From the IMG/VR virus record IMGVR_UViG_3300033067_002207, positions 1,865-65,864 of that record: DNA of 64,000 nt. The stretch is one strand, 5' to 3'. The stretch is from a virus. Taxonomy: Duplodnaviria > Caudoviricetes. Below the pieces are notes generated by a model. It saw only the letters and a program-made list of their open reading frames with translations. It ran no database searches and was not told where the DNA came from. How positions within the stretch are numbered: position 1 is the first letter of the stretch; each line of letters starts with the position of its first letter. Below are positions 25,892 through 34,800 of the stretch, one piece after another. The position numbers were made by a program, and so were the translations under genes.

Positions 25892-26415
25892 TCGACCCGT
25901 TCACCCAAGTCTACGACGCCCTGTGGAGTCTCGCCGAGACGCCGCGGGTAACGTCGTTGGTGCGGGTCGGCAATCGCATCAAGCTGGACAGCACCCCGCC
26001 CACGGCCGGCCTGAAGGATCAGATCAGCCAGGCTGACGTCCCGGAGATGGTGCTGGCCCTGACGGCAACCACGGGCAACTGGCTGGGGACGTCATCGTCA
26101 TCCAGTTTCGTGAGGCAATACCAATGGCAGATCTCGACGGGCGATCTGAAGCCGTCGAAGCTGCTGGCGCTCGAATGGGCGCTCAATTGTGCGATGGTCA
26201 ACTGGACCGAGGCGCTGGCGGCGCTGACCTGGTACGGCGAACCGTTTGTCAAACGGACGCAACTGGTCAGCGCTGAGCATGGAGAATCTGACCCGGAAAG
26301 AAACCGCGGGATTCGCGGCTGGTCGGCGTTGTGGACGGCGGAAGTGGAAATGCACTTTCGCACGAGGGATATGCTGGCGTATAACCTGGGAACTGGAACG
26401 GGGAGTGGAACATGA
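25888..26415 (+). CDS. Putative tail terminator
   Basis: Position between the gpG-like and tube genes; beta-rich C-half; ends in GTGTGSGT. Confidence 0.6.
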   Translation: MIDPFTQVYDALWSLAETPRVTSLVRVGNRIKLDSTPPTAGLKDQISQADVPEMVLALTATTGNWLGTSSSSSFVRQYQWQISTGDLKPSKLLALEWALNCAMVNWTEALAALTWYGEPFVKRTQLVSAEHGESDPERNRGIRGWSALWTAEVEMHFRTRDMLAYNLGTGTGSGT

Positions 26416-26951
26416 CCGCAATCAACCCGCTGATCAAAGACGCAATGCGACGGGCCGGGCAGCAGCCGCCGGCGAACGGGGAAGTTCGCATCGGGGACGG
26501 CACCACCGTGGTGCAATGCTCAGTGGGGGCCAGTTCCGCCCCGCTCTCGCCGGCCGACCGGCAACTTCGCATGAACGTGCGAAACTTCCTGATGACGGCC
26601 ACGCTCGACGAACTGAAGAAAGAACTGGCCATCTCCAAGCAGCGTGGTGACGCCAAGCGGGCGCAATTCATCCAGGAGATGATCGACGAAGAAGGGGTCG
26701 GGGCGTCGATGAAGCCCGGCAAGGCCGTGGGATGTGCGAACGGCGGCGTGACGGCCGGCACCAGTGGTGTGGCTCCTCAGGATGCCAACCGCATCCTGGC
26801 CGAACTGAAAAAGCTCGATGCCGCGATCAGGGCGATCCAGAAAATCCAAGACCCCGACCGGGCTCCCGCGACGAACGACTATCGCCAGGCGTTCTACAAA
26901 ATGACGGATGGATTTTGGGCCATGAAGGATGTGCTGGGCGCGGCGTTCTGA
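26412..26951 (+). CDS. Small modular protein with GAS linkers (relative of the polyprotein)
   Basis: VGASSA and GVGASM linkers; ELKKELAISKQRGD module aligns with polyprotein module 1. Confidence 0.7.
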   Translation: MTAINPLIKDAMRRAGQQPPANGEVRIGDGTTVVQCSVGASSAPLSPADRQLRMNVRNFLMTATLDELKKELAISKQRGDAKRAQFIQEMIDEEGVGASMKPGKAVGCANGGVTAGTSGVAPQDANRILAELKKLDAAIRAIQKIQDPDRAPATNDYRQAFYKMTDGFWAMKDVLGAAF

Positions 26952-26986
26952 CTCAACCTTTTTGTGAATCAATCGGAGTGTAAATC

Positions 26987-27889
26987 ATGGGTGGTCCTTA
27001 CAGCGGCGTGGCGGGTTCGGTCAACGGGATCAGTACGGTCCAGGATTGGTCGATCACGGACGGGCATACGCCTCAGGAGTACTCGGCCTCGAACACCTTA
27101 TTCGGCATGGGCGCGGTGCCGGGCATTGAGTTTTGGGAAGGCGGATACAACCACTATGGGCACACGCCCGTAGTGCTGCCCGGTCAGCAGTTCTACTTCA
27201 TCGGGTACGGTGCCCCGCTCAACAACGTGTCCGGCAGCGGCTGGCGCTACGCCGGGTCCGCGTTGTGCAACCAGGCGGTGATCAACTGGAACTGGGCGTC
27301 CGGTGCGATTATTGCCGTGCAGGAATCGTTCAAGGGTCACCTGGACCTGGTCGAGCAAGGCGACACGGGCAGTCAGATTCTCGATGAATCGATCCCGACC
27401 GTCCCAAAAATCGCCTGCACGAAGATCGAATACTCGCTCGACGACAGCACGTTCGTCGAATGGGATAACCTGGTTTCGGCGTCGCTGACGCTGACCAACG
27501 AACTGCAGGATTACATCAATTCGTCCACGGTCGTCGACGACGCCGGCACGTGCCGCATCTGGACCGGGCGTCGCCGGGGCCGCTACAACTGGACGCTGGC
27601 CGTGACTGAGCAGGATGTTCGCCGCGACCTGTTCAGCAAGGGGCAGGTGCTGATGTTGCGACTGTACGTCACCAGTTCGCTTTACTACGAACTCAAATGG
27701 GGCATGATGCGGGACGTCACGGGCATCCAGGTCAATCGTCAGACCGGGGCCATCGTCCAGCAAACCGTCAACTTCAGCATGTGCGGCATGGACACGGACG
27801 CCGGCAGCTACGCTGCCGCAACTGGGCACGTCTTGATGCCTGGCGGCGAACAATGGTGGCCGCTGACGGGCACCGGCACCGGAACGTAA
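26987..27889 (+). CDS. Tail tube protein, apparently two tandem tube domains
   Basis: VQDWSIT...S..T...G...WEG pattern repeated in the second half (LVSASLT...SST...G...W); ends in TGTGTGT; precedes chaperone and tape measure. Confidence 0.75.
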   Translation: MGGPYSGVAGSVNGISTVQDWSITDGHTPQEYSASNTLFGMGAVPGIEFWEGGYNHYGHTPVVLPGQQFYFIGYGAPLNNVSGSGWRYAGSALCNQAVINWNWASGAIIAVQESFKGHLDLVEQGDTGSQILDESIPTVPKIACTKIEYSLDDSTFVEWDNLVSASLTLTNELQDYINSSTVVDDAGTCRIWTGRRRGRYNWTLAVTEQDVRRDLFSKGQVLMLRLYVTSSLYYELKWGMMRDVTGIQVNRQTGAIVQQTVNFSMCGMDTDAGSYAAATGHVLMPGGEQWWPLTGTGTGT

Positions 27890-27900
27890 GCGAGGAACCG

Positions 27901-28170
27901 ATGGAATCACGCAGGTCGCGTTACATGGCCAGCCTGGCGGCTCAGCGGTCGCCGGGCTGTTCAACTGCCGTTGCTGCCGGTATTCTGGCGCAGGAAAGCC
28001 CGGAGTTTTCCCAGCAGGTCGCTCAGCTTACCCAGGCCGTGCAACAGGCCGTCAGCCTGGCCCAACAGTTGCGGTCTAAGGCTGCGGGGCGTGGGACCGG
28101 CTCGGTGATCCGTGACCGGATCGAAGGCCCGCTGACGGACGCCTTGGGAGTTCTCCGGCGGTTCAATTAA
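27901..28170 (+). CDS. Small modular protein (relative of the polyprotein)
   Basis: SD GAGGA; MESRRSRYMASLA...STAVAAG followed by a helical hairpin. Confidence 0.7.
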   Translation: MESRRSRYMASLAAQRSPGCSTAVAAGILAQESPEFSQQVAQLTQAVQQAVSLAQQLRSKAAGRGTGSVIRDRIEGPLTDALGVLRRFN

Positions 28171-28184
28171 CCAAGGAGAAACCC

Positions 28185-28809
28185 GTGCCGCAGATGTCAG
28201 CCGCTCCAGCCCCGATCGAACTGGGCGGCGTCACTTACCGCATGTCGCCGCTCGACGACGCGGACTATGACGAACTCACCAACTGGCTCAAATCCGAGAT
28301 CATCAACACCGCCCGCTGCGCGATCACGTCGGATATGTCCGACGACGAGCGACGTGAGATAATGGCGGCGGCGATGGCCGAGGCCGCTCCCATCCGGTTC
28401 GGAGAGCTAAACTCCAAGCCGTACCTGAAGAGCATCTACGCGTTCTCCCGGATGATCTGGCAGGGGCTGATCAAACTGCACCCGCGGGTTCAGTTAGCGG
28501 ACGTGCGAGCGGCCCTGGCGGGGAACGCCGTTGCGATCCAAGAGGCCAGCCGGGTCTTTATGGAGATCAATTCCCAAAAACACCGAGGAGCCGGCGAAGA
28601 CGCCGGCCAAGAACCCCGCGGGCCGCGTGCTGACCAGGGAAGAAGTGTACCGGCAACTGGCGAAGCTGTACCGCTACACGCCAGAGGCCATTCGCCGAAT
28701 GACGCCTTACCAGCAGTTCCAACTGCTTACCCCTGACGCACAAGAAGAAATTATCGAGTTTGACTCAAAAGAGATGCTGCAATCATGGATGGCGAGTCGT
28801 TTAAAATAG
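28185..28809 (+). CDS. Tail assembly chaperone pair (G, 28185-28736; G-T via frameshift to 28809)
   Basis: SD AAGGAG; IELGGVTY.MSPL...DYDEL; overlapping second frame encodes Y..LAKLY.YTP..I..MT.YQ, typical of the gpT-like part; directly upstream of the tape measure. Confidence 0.75.
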
Positions 28810-30830
28810 AAACGGACTTCGGGGCGATCGACGAAATGGTCGCCCGCTCGATCGAGAAGTTCGGGCAACTGGCCGTCGACGCGATCGACGCGATGAACCA
28901 GATCAACGACTTCGTCATCGACGAGATGACCGTCGCGTTCCAGGCCGGCATGGAATCGATCGCCAAGACGTTTGACTGGATGAGCGAGCAAGCGACTAAA
29001 GCGTTTGGGGCGATCACCACCGCCGCCTCGGCAACCTGGGCCGCGATCACCGGGGGGCTGTCGGCCATCCCCGGCATGATCACCGGGGCGTTCTCCGCGG
29101 TCCTTTCACCGATCAAGACGGTGTTTAACGGCATCTGGTCGGCGGCAAAGACGGTTACAGGCTGGATCACCGGGGCGTTCAGCACGGTCGCGGGATTCAT
29201 CAGCAACACGTTCTCCGGGGCTTACGGGGTCGTCAAAGAAATGCTGCCCCTGGCGGGCGTGGGATTCTTTGCCGGCTTGTCGGCGGGGTTCAAAGAATTA
29301 ACCGCCAGCGAGCAGGCGTTTACCCGCGTGTCGGCGGCGGTCAAATCGACTGGCCAGGTCGCCGGATTCACCGCCGAGCAGCTTGCCGAGATGGCCAGCC
29401 AGATGGAATCCAACACCCGCTTCGGCGACGACGTCGCCCAGCAGGCTCAGGCCGTCGCGCTGCAGTTCAAGAACGTGCGCGGGAACGTGTTTGCGGACGC
29501 CCTGAAGGTGAGTGCGGACGCCGCGATCAATTGGGGCATGGACCTGACCGCGGCCACAGAGAAGGTGACGTCGGCGTTGGACGACCCGCTGGCGGGCTTC
29601 CAGAAGCTCGCCCGCGAGGGAACGAAGTTTTCCGAAGCGGAAAAAAGACAGATCGAGACAATGGTCCAATTCGGGAACGTGGCTGGCGCTCAGCGAATCA
29701 TCCTGAATCGGCTGTCTGATCAGGTCGGCGGGGCGGCGACGGCTGACGCGAAGACGTTCAGCGGAGCGATGGCTCAGGTCAACAACGCGATGGGCGACGC
29801 CTGGAAAGCGATCGCCGGTGCCCTGACGCCGGCTGTGCAAGCGCTCGGCGACTGGTTCCTGCGCGGCGCAAAAGTCATGGAGTCGTGGGGGCCGGGCCTG
29901 AAGACGCTGATCGAGGAAACCATGAACTGGGCGACGCAGTCGTCCGGCTTCCTGTCCGACTGGGCCGAGAAGGCTCAGGAGTACTTCATGGTTGCGTTTG
30001 ATTTCGCGATCGACGCGGCGACCAAAGCGTTCACATTCATCGAAACGGCGCTGGGCGACATGCCGGGGTTCATGGAGGCGGCGAAAGCAAAGTTCAATCT
30101 TTATTGGGAGCAAATCAGCCAGTTCATTCGCCAAACATGGGAAACCATCGACGTCAGCCTGCGAAACATTTGGGACGACCTGGTGCAGTACATGATGTCG
30201 AAATTCTCAACCTTCACGAATTACATGGCGAACAAGATCGCCAACATGCCGGGGTTCGCGGACTGGTTTGGGGTCAGCCAAGAAGACCTGAACGAGACGC
30301 TGCGGGAAATGCAGGGAGCGGGAATGCCGGGCCGCGGGCCTCGGGCGACGGCCAAAGGGCAGACGGACGAGGAGAAGGCCCGCCTGGCGGAACTTCGCGA
30401 AGCGGCCGACGCCGCAGGAAATGCCTTCGGTGCCAAGTTCGGGGAAAACTTCGAAAAGAATAAGGCGATCGTCGATGCGTTCCGCGTTCGCATTCAAAAG
30501 CTATTTGGGCTGGAAGGCGAATCGCTGGACATGGCTGCAAAAAAGAGCGCGGAAGAATTCGTGTTAAACAAAGAAGGTAAAGACGCAGAGGAAAAAAGCA
30601 GCGCCGGTCAATTCGAAGACCTGCTGTCGTTGCAGAAGCGGATCACCGGAGCGGCGGCGGCGAAGTCGCCTGAAGCCAAAGCGACGGAGACGCAGACGGG
30701 CATCCTGGTTAGTCAGTTTAAGGCGATGATGCAGCAGTCTGATAAGAACACCAAAGAACTCAAGGGTGCCATCGATCAGACCACGAAGGCGGTGGATGAG
30801 CAGCCGGCCGCGGCGGTTGCGGCCCCGTAA
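28785..30830 (+). CDS. Tape measure protein
   Basis: 681-aa Ala-rich helical protein with 11-residue W/F-spaced repeats and an E.A..RV.A..KSTG...G.T..QL..MA motif. Confidence 0.9.
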   Translation: MDGESFKIETDFGAIDEMVARSIEKFGQLAVDAIDAMNQINDFVIDEMTVAFQAGMESIAKTFDWMSEQATKAFGAITTAASATWAAITGGLSAIPGMITGAFSAVLSPIKTVFNGIWSAAKTVTGWITGAFSTVAGFISNTFSGAYGVVKEMLPLAGVGFFAGLSAGFKELTASEQAFTRVSAAVKSTGQVAGFTAEQLAEMASQMESNTRFGDDVAQQAQAVALQFKNVRGNVFADALKVSADAAINWGMDLTAATEKVTSALDDPLAGFQKLAREGTKFSEAEKRQIETMVQFGNVAGAQRIILNRLSDQVGGAATADAKTFSGAMAQVNNAMGDAWKAIAGALTPAVQALGDWFLRGAKVMESWGPGLKTLIEETMNWATQSSGFLSDWAEKAQEYFMVAFDFAIDAATKAFTFIETALGDMPGFMEAAKAKFNLYWEQISQFIRQTWETIDVSLRNIWDDLVQYMMSKFSTFTNYMANKIANMPGFADWFGVSQEDLNETLREMQGAGMPGRGPRATAKGQTDEEKARLAELREAADAAGNAFGAKFGENFEKNKAIVDAFRVRIQKLFGLEGESLDMAAKKSAEEFVLNKEGKDAEEKSSAGQFEDLLSLQKRITGAAAAKSPEAKATETQTGILVSQFKAMMQQSDKNTKELKGAIDQTTKAVDEQPAAAVAAP

Positions 30831-30839
30831 GGAGACGAG

Positions 30840-31676
30840 ATGACCACCTGGACCTCTGGCGGGTCTCCATCGTGCGCCGAAGAAGCCGGCAGCATGAAGG
30901 AAGACTTCGACGACGAACACGGCCTGATGAAGGCGTCGGTGACGTTGCGGTGCGCTTATGCGGATCGGCACGCGCTGGTCGCAAACATTGTTGGCAATCG
31001 CCGCCCCTGGCCGAAGGGATCGCCGGGTCCGGTTCCGCTGGCGTCGACGGCCAGTATCGTGCCCGTGATGACGCCGGGGCTCGCCTCAGGCGACGAACTG
31101 ATTGTCTACGGCGAGTCGCTGGTCACGATCAATTACAACACCAAGATCGTCGATCAATTCTCTGAGTCGATCGAGCCGACCAGTGAATTTCTGACGCTCG
31201 ACCACCGCTGGTTTCGCTGGTCGCCGTACAGCGGACCGATCGGGATTCAGGTCGGCACCGGGAGCGGGGCCGATACGATCGTGTTCACGGACTACGACCC
31301 GCTTCGTGAAGAGGAGGCCCCCGGCCGACAGATGCGTGGGATCAACTTCGTGCGGACCGACTTCAACCAGGTCACGGTGCCGCAGGAGATCGTTGACTAC
31401 ACTGGATGCGTGAACTCCGACACCGTCACCTGGTCGTTGCTGGGCCTGACGTCTGATCCGGAGACGCTGCTCTACCTGCCGCCTTCGATTACGACCAAGG
31501 TCGATTCCTCGAACACGCGGAAGTTCGACATCACCAAGAAGTTCAATTACAACCCGAACGGGTTTAATAAGTACTTCCGTGCGGCGACCGGGAATTTCCA
31601 GTACATCTACGTGGCCGGCACGACCACGATCTTCAAAAGTTATCCGCCAGCCGTGTTCGCGGGGGTTTTGCTGTGA
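30840..31676 (+). CDS. Tail tip protein (distal tail-like)
   Basis: First gene after the tape measure; beta-rich; SD AAGGAG. Confidence 0.6.
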   Translation: MTTWTSGGSPSCAEEAGSMKEDFDDEHGLMKASVTLRCAYADRHALVANIVGNRRPWPKGSPGPVPLASTASIVPVMTPGLASGDELIVYGESLVTINYNTKIVDQFSESIEPTSEFLTLDHRWFRWSPYSGPIGIQVGTGSGADTIVFTDYDPLREEEAPGRQMRGINFVRTDFNQVTVPQEIVDYTGCVNSDTVTWSLLGLTSDPETLLYLPPSITTKVDSSNTRKFDITKKFNYNPNGFNKYFRAATGNFQYIYVAGTTTIFKSYPPAVFAGVLL

Positions 31677-32653
31677 GTGACCGCAACCACGACCTGATCG
31701 CCCGCATCCAGGCCGGCGACCCGATCAGCGCCAGCCAGTTGCTGAACAAGCTGGTTGACGCCGCGAACCGCCAGGACGCCCGCCAGGTGCTGCGGGGGGT
31801 CGATGCGGGGCATTGGCTCCGTTGTGTCTCGACCGTTGACGCTCCCGCCTGGTCTATCCTGGGGATCGACGACGTCGAGATCAATTATGACGGTTTGACA
31901 CTGCAGCTTTCTCAGGCAACAGAAAACCACGATCTGTTTGCGGCCAACGAGGGATATCGACTGACCGCCAACGACAAGGGTTGGTGCAAGCTGATCAACG
32001 AGACGCACCCGGTGATGGTCGACTGCCTGGCCCCCGCCGTCGCGTATCTTAGCGACCTGACGATCGGTGGATTTTCGGTCACGCTGGGCGATAGCGGGAC
32101 TGGCACGGGCACCGGCACGGGATCAAGCGGCACCATTACGCCGCCCGGCCGCTTGTGGGCGCTATCGCCCCGCGACCTGGAGCTACGCTGCGCCGTGATG
32201 GGGAGCCGCACCACCACCACGCTGCGTGCGGCGGTGTTCCTGCTGGCCGGCCCCGATCCGGTGATCGGCGGCGGAATCTCGCCGCCGGCCATTCTCGCGG
32301 ATTGCTACATGGTCCCGGATGGGATCACCCCCGTTTTCTCCACAACCTATCCGGTTTATTTCAACCTGTTGAACGGCGTTGTCATTCCCTACAGCGACTA
32401 TGCGGGCGTCACCAGTGCGACGACTGTTACGGCGCTGAAGCTCGGCAACCAGTGGGTCGCCATCGCAGGCGGCTTAACGGGCCTGAGCGGCACAAAGAGC
32501 AGCGGCGGCATCACATCGGTTTACGGCTCAGAGGTCTCGGCGTCTAACTGGTGCAACGCGATCATCCCTAACGGGGCGTCTGTTATCGCGGTAATGATCA
32601 ACGAATCAATGATGATCATCGGCGACTGCTGCTACACGGGCACGGGAAGTTAA
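31673..32653 (+). CDS. Tail tip structural protein
   Basis: GTGA coupling; internal SGTGTGTGTGSSGT; ends in CCYTGTGS. Confidence 0.65.
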   Translation: MSDRNHDLIARIQAGDPISASQLLNKLVDAANRQDARQVLRGVDAGHWLRCVSTVDAPAWSILGIDDVEINYDGLTLQLSQATENHDLFAANEGYRLTANDKGWCKLINETHPVMVDCLAPAVAYLSDLTIGGFSVTLGDSGTGTGTGTGSSGTITPPGRLWALSPRDLELRCAVMGSRTTTTLRAAVFLLAGPDPVIGGGISPPAILADCYMVPDGITPVFSTTYPVYFNLLNGVVIPYSDYAGVTSATTVTALKLGNQWVAIAGGLTGLSGTKSSGGITSVYGSEVSASNWCNAIIPNGASVIAVMINESMMIIGDCCYTGTGS

Positions 32654-32661
32654 AAAGCATC

Positions 32662-34554
32662 ATGCCGCTGCTGTCTCAAAAAAACTGCGGCTGCACCTGC
32701 CGCAATCTAACGGAATGGGGGCCGACCGCGGACGGCCTGCCCGTCAGTTCCTGCCCGAACTGCGCCTCGGCCGGCACGTACAACGTCGGAACCGGATCGG
32801 CGTACGTCAACGGCGGTCCGTGCGAGATGATCGCCATCTTCGACTGTCCGATCAATTACGACGGGCTGGAAACCCGCATCCTCGGTGGTGGCAGCATCTT
32901 TACCAACATCGTGCCGCTGATCAAAGATAAGCTGGTCGTCGAGGACTGCCGGTACACGCTCAGGAAGCTGGCGACGGATCAGGGAACGGGGAGCCTGGTT
33001 GACGCGACGGGCACCGGCACGGGCGGCGGGACTGATTTTTTAGGATGGGGAATCGGCGACTGTGATATCGACTTCATTGTCGGAAAAATTCTCAACCGCG
33101 CCTATCGGCGGCTGTTCAACGCGGAGTGTAAGCACCCGAACATCGACGGCGTGCCGCAATGGCCGCAGTTCTTTCCGGGGGTGTGGGGCGGAACCGGCAG
33201 CGTCGATTATTATTACGACACACCGCGATTCGGCTGCAAGCTGGTGCCCAACCCGTATATTTCACAAGCCCCGCCGCTCGGCTGTGGTTGGTACGACCTG
33301 ATTGGCATGGTACTTTGCGGGCCGGACGCCGGCCTGTGCGCGGACTTCGCGTTCGGTCAGGGAACCGAGAATTATTCACAGTATGTCCAGGTTTTGGAAC
33401 GATACACCCGAATCACGTGGGAACTGGATTTCAGCGGGGCACCCAGCGCGACACTGACTGGCCGCACCGACAGCGGCATCGAGATTGTTTTCTCGACCAG
33501 TAGCTGGGTCTGCGGCGCGCGCAACACGCTGACGATGACCACGTCGCCGGCTCCGTCCTGGACCGCGGCCCGTAAGGTGTGCATCGTGCCGGGCGAGACC
33601 GGCTTTACAACGCCCTGCACCGACAAAGAGGACGTGACGGCGTGCTGCGACCCTGGCGTGGCTCAGGGGCAATATTACTACAACTCCCCCGGCTGCGCGT
33701 TACCGACGATTGGATTCTGTGCGGATCGGTACGCCTCGCTGGACGCGACGCCGGCCCCTGATTGGGTCAAAGCGTTGCAGGGAAGCCTGAGCGCAAGCTG
33801 CGGGGTGTTTTACGATTCCACGACCTATGACGGAAATTGTGCCAAGCCGCCCCCGTTGTCCTGCCCGACCGGGAACGGGCCGGTTGTGATTCAAGGAACC
33901 TGGGACGGGGCTTACAGCGGGTTCACGATCCACCTGCTGACCTGGTGCGACGCCGGGGTGTGGAAAAGCTCGATGTTCTGCGAGGGGATCGTACTGATCT
34001 CAGGCAACGCTGGGTTTGCAACTGTGCAAACCGCGATGTGCCTGAACGTCAACTGCACGATGGTGATGTGCCATCCGGTGTTTGGCTATACCTGGGTCTG
34101 CGATGCGCCGGGGACATACACTATCCCAGGCACCGGAAGCGGCACGGGCAGCGTAGATTGCGTGACTCGCGCTCCATGCTGCTGCACGCCGGAAAGCAGC
34201 GGAACGATTGACACGGAGTGCTGTCCCGACAACCTGCTAAACGGGACGCTGTATATTGACGTGACCCATTCCACGCTCGGATTTCTCGGAACGATCACCG
34301 TCACCCATACGGGCGTGGAGTGGGAAGGGAGCGGCGTTTTTTCTGGATGCACACTGACAATCAACGCTCTAAAGTGCGTGACATCTGGTGGCGCGCATTG
34401 GGATTTGGACTACGGAACCGGAGGCGGTCCATACTTCGTTTCCGCGTCCAGCGAATCATGCGACCCGTTTGCGTTGACGTTTACCGGAGACGCACGCCCA
34501 GGCGGGTCGACCTGTTTTCCGGCAGGCACGCTGACATTTGATGTATCTGCTTGA
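32662..34554 (+). CDS. Very Cys-rich tail fibre / receptor-binding candidate
   Basis: About 39 Cys in 630 aa by hand count; several GTGS/GTGT stretches; 3' part lower in GC. Confidence 0.7.
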   Translation: MPLLSQKNCGCTCRNLTEWGPTADGLPVSSCPNCASAGTYNVGTGSAYVNGGPCEMIAIFDCPINYDGLETRILGGGSIFTNIVPLIKDKLVVEDCRYTLRKLATDQGTGSLVDATGTGTGGGTDFLGWGIGDCDIDFIVGKILNRAYRRLFNAECKHPNIDGVPQWPQFFPGVWGGTGSVDYYYDTPRFGCKLVPNPYISQAPPLGCGWYDLIGMVLCGPDAGLCADFAFGQGTENYSQYVQVLERYTRITWELDFSGAPSATLTGRTDSGIEIVFSTSSWVCGARNTLTMTTSPAPSWTAARKVCIVPGETGFTTPCTDKEDVTACCDPGVAQGQYYYNSPGCALPTIGFCADRYASLDATPAPDWVKALQGSLSASCGVFYDSTTYDGNCAKPPPLSCPTGNGPVVIQGTWDGAYSGFTIHLLTWCDAGVWKSSMFCEGIVLISGNAGFATVQTAMCLNVNCTMVMCHPVFGYTWVCDAPGTYTIPGTGSGTGSVDCVTRAPCCCTPESSGTIDTECCPDNLLNGTLYIDVTHSTLGFLGTITVTHTGVEWEGSGVFSGCTLTINALKCVTSGGAHWDLDYGTGGGPYFVSASSESCDPFALTFTGDARPGGSTCFPAGTLTFDVSA

Positions 34555-34800
34555 TCACGGCAACAGCATCGGATTGCAACCACAGTCTCGATATCCAGCC
34601 TCGTAGCTAAACTTCGCTTGTTGAGAAACCATCCCAGCCGCGTTTCGATATCCTTCTCTGACACCGCCATCTTTGGCGGTGGTCAACTTGGAAGCGATGG
34701 CAAAATCCAAGCCGAACCACCAGAACCCGGAGACGACCGCCGCCGTCGCGATGTGAGATAAACCGTAAGCAACCATCTGCGAGCGATAGGTTATCATCAT
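34555..34800 (-). CDS. Possible small antisense membrane protein
   Basis: Fills the gap between two + strand genes exactly; hydrophobic segment IATAAVVSGFWWFGLDFAIA. Confidence 0.35.
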   Translation of the reverse strand: MMITYRSQMVAYGLSHIATAAVVSGFWWFGLDFAIASKLTTAKDGGVREGYRNAAGMVSQQAKFSYEAGYRDCGCNPMLLP

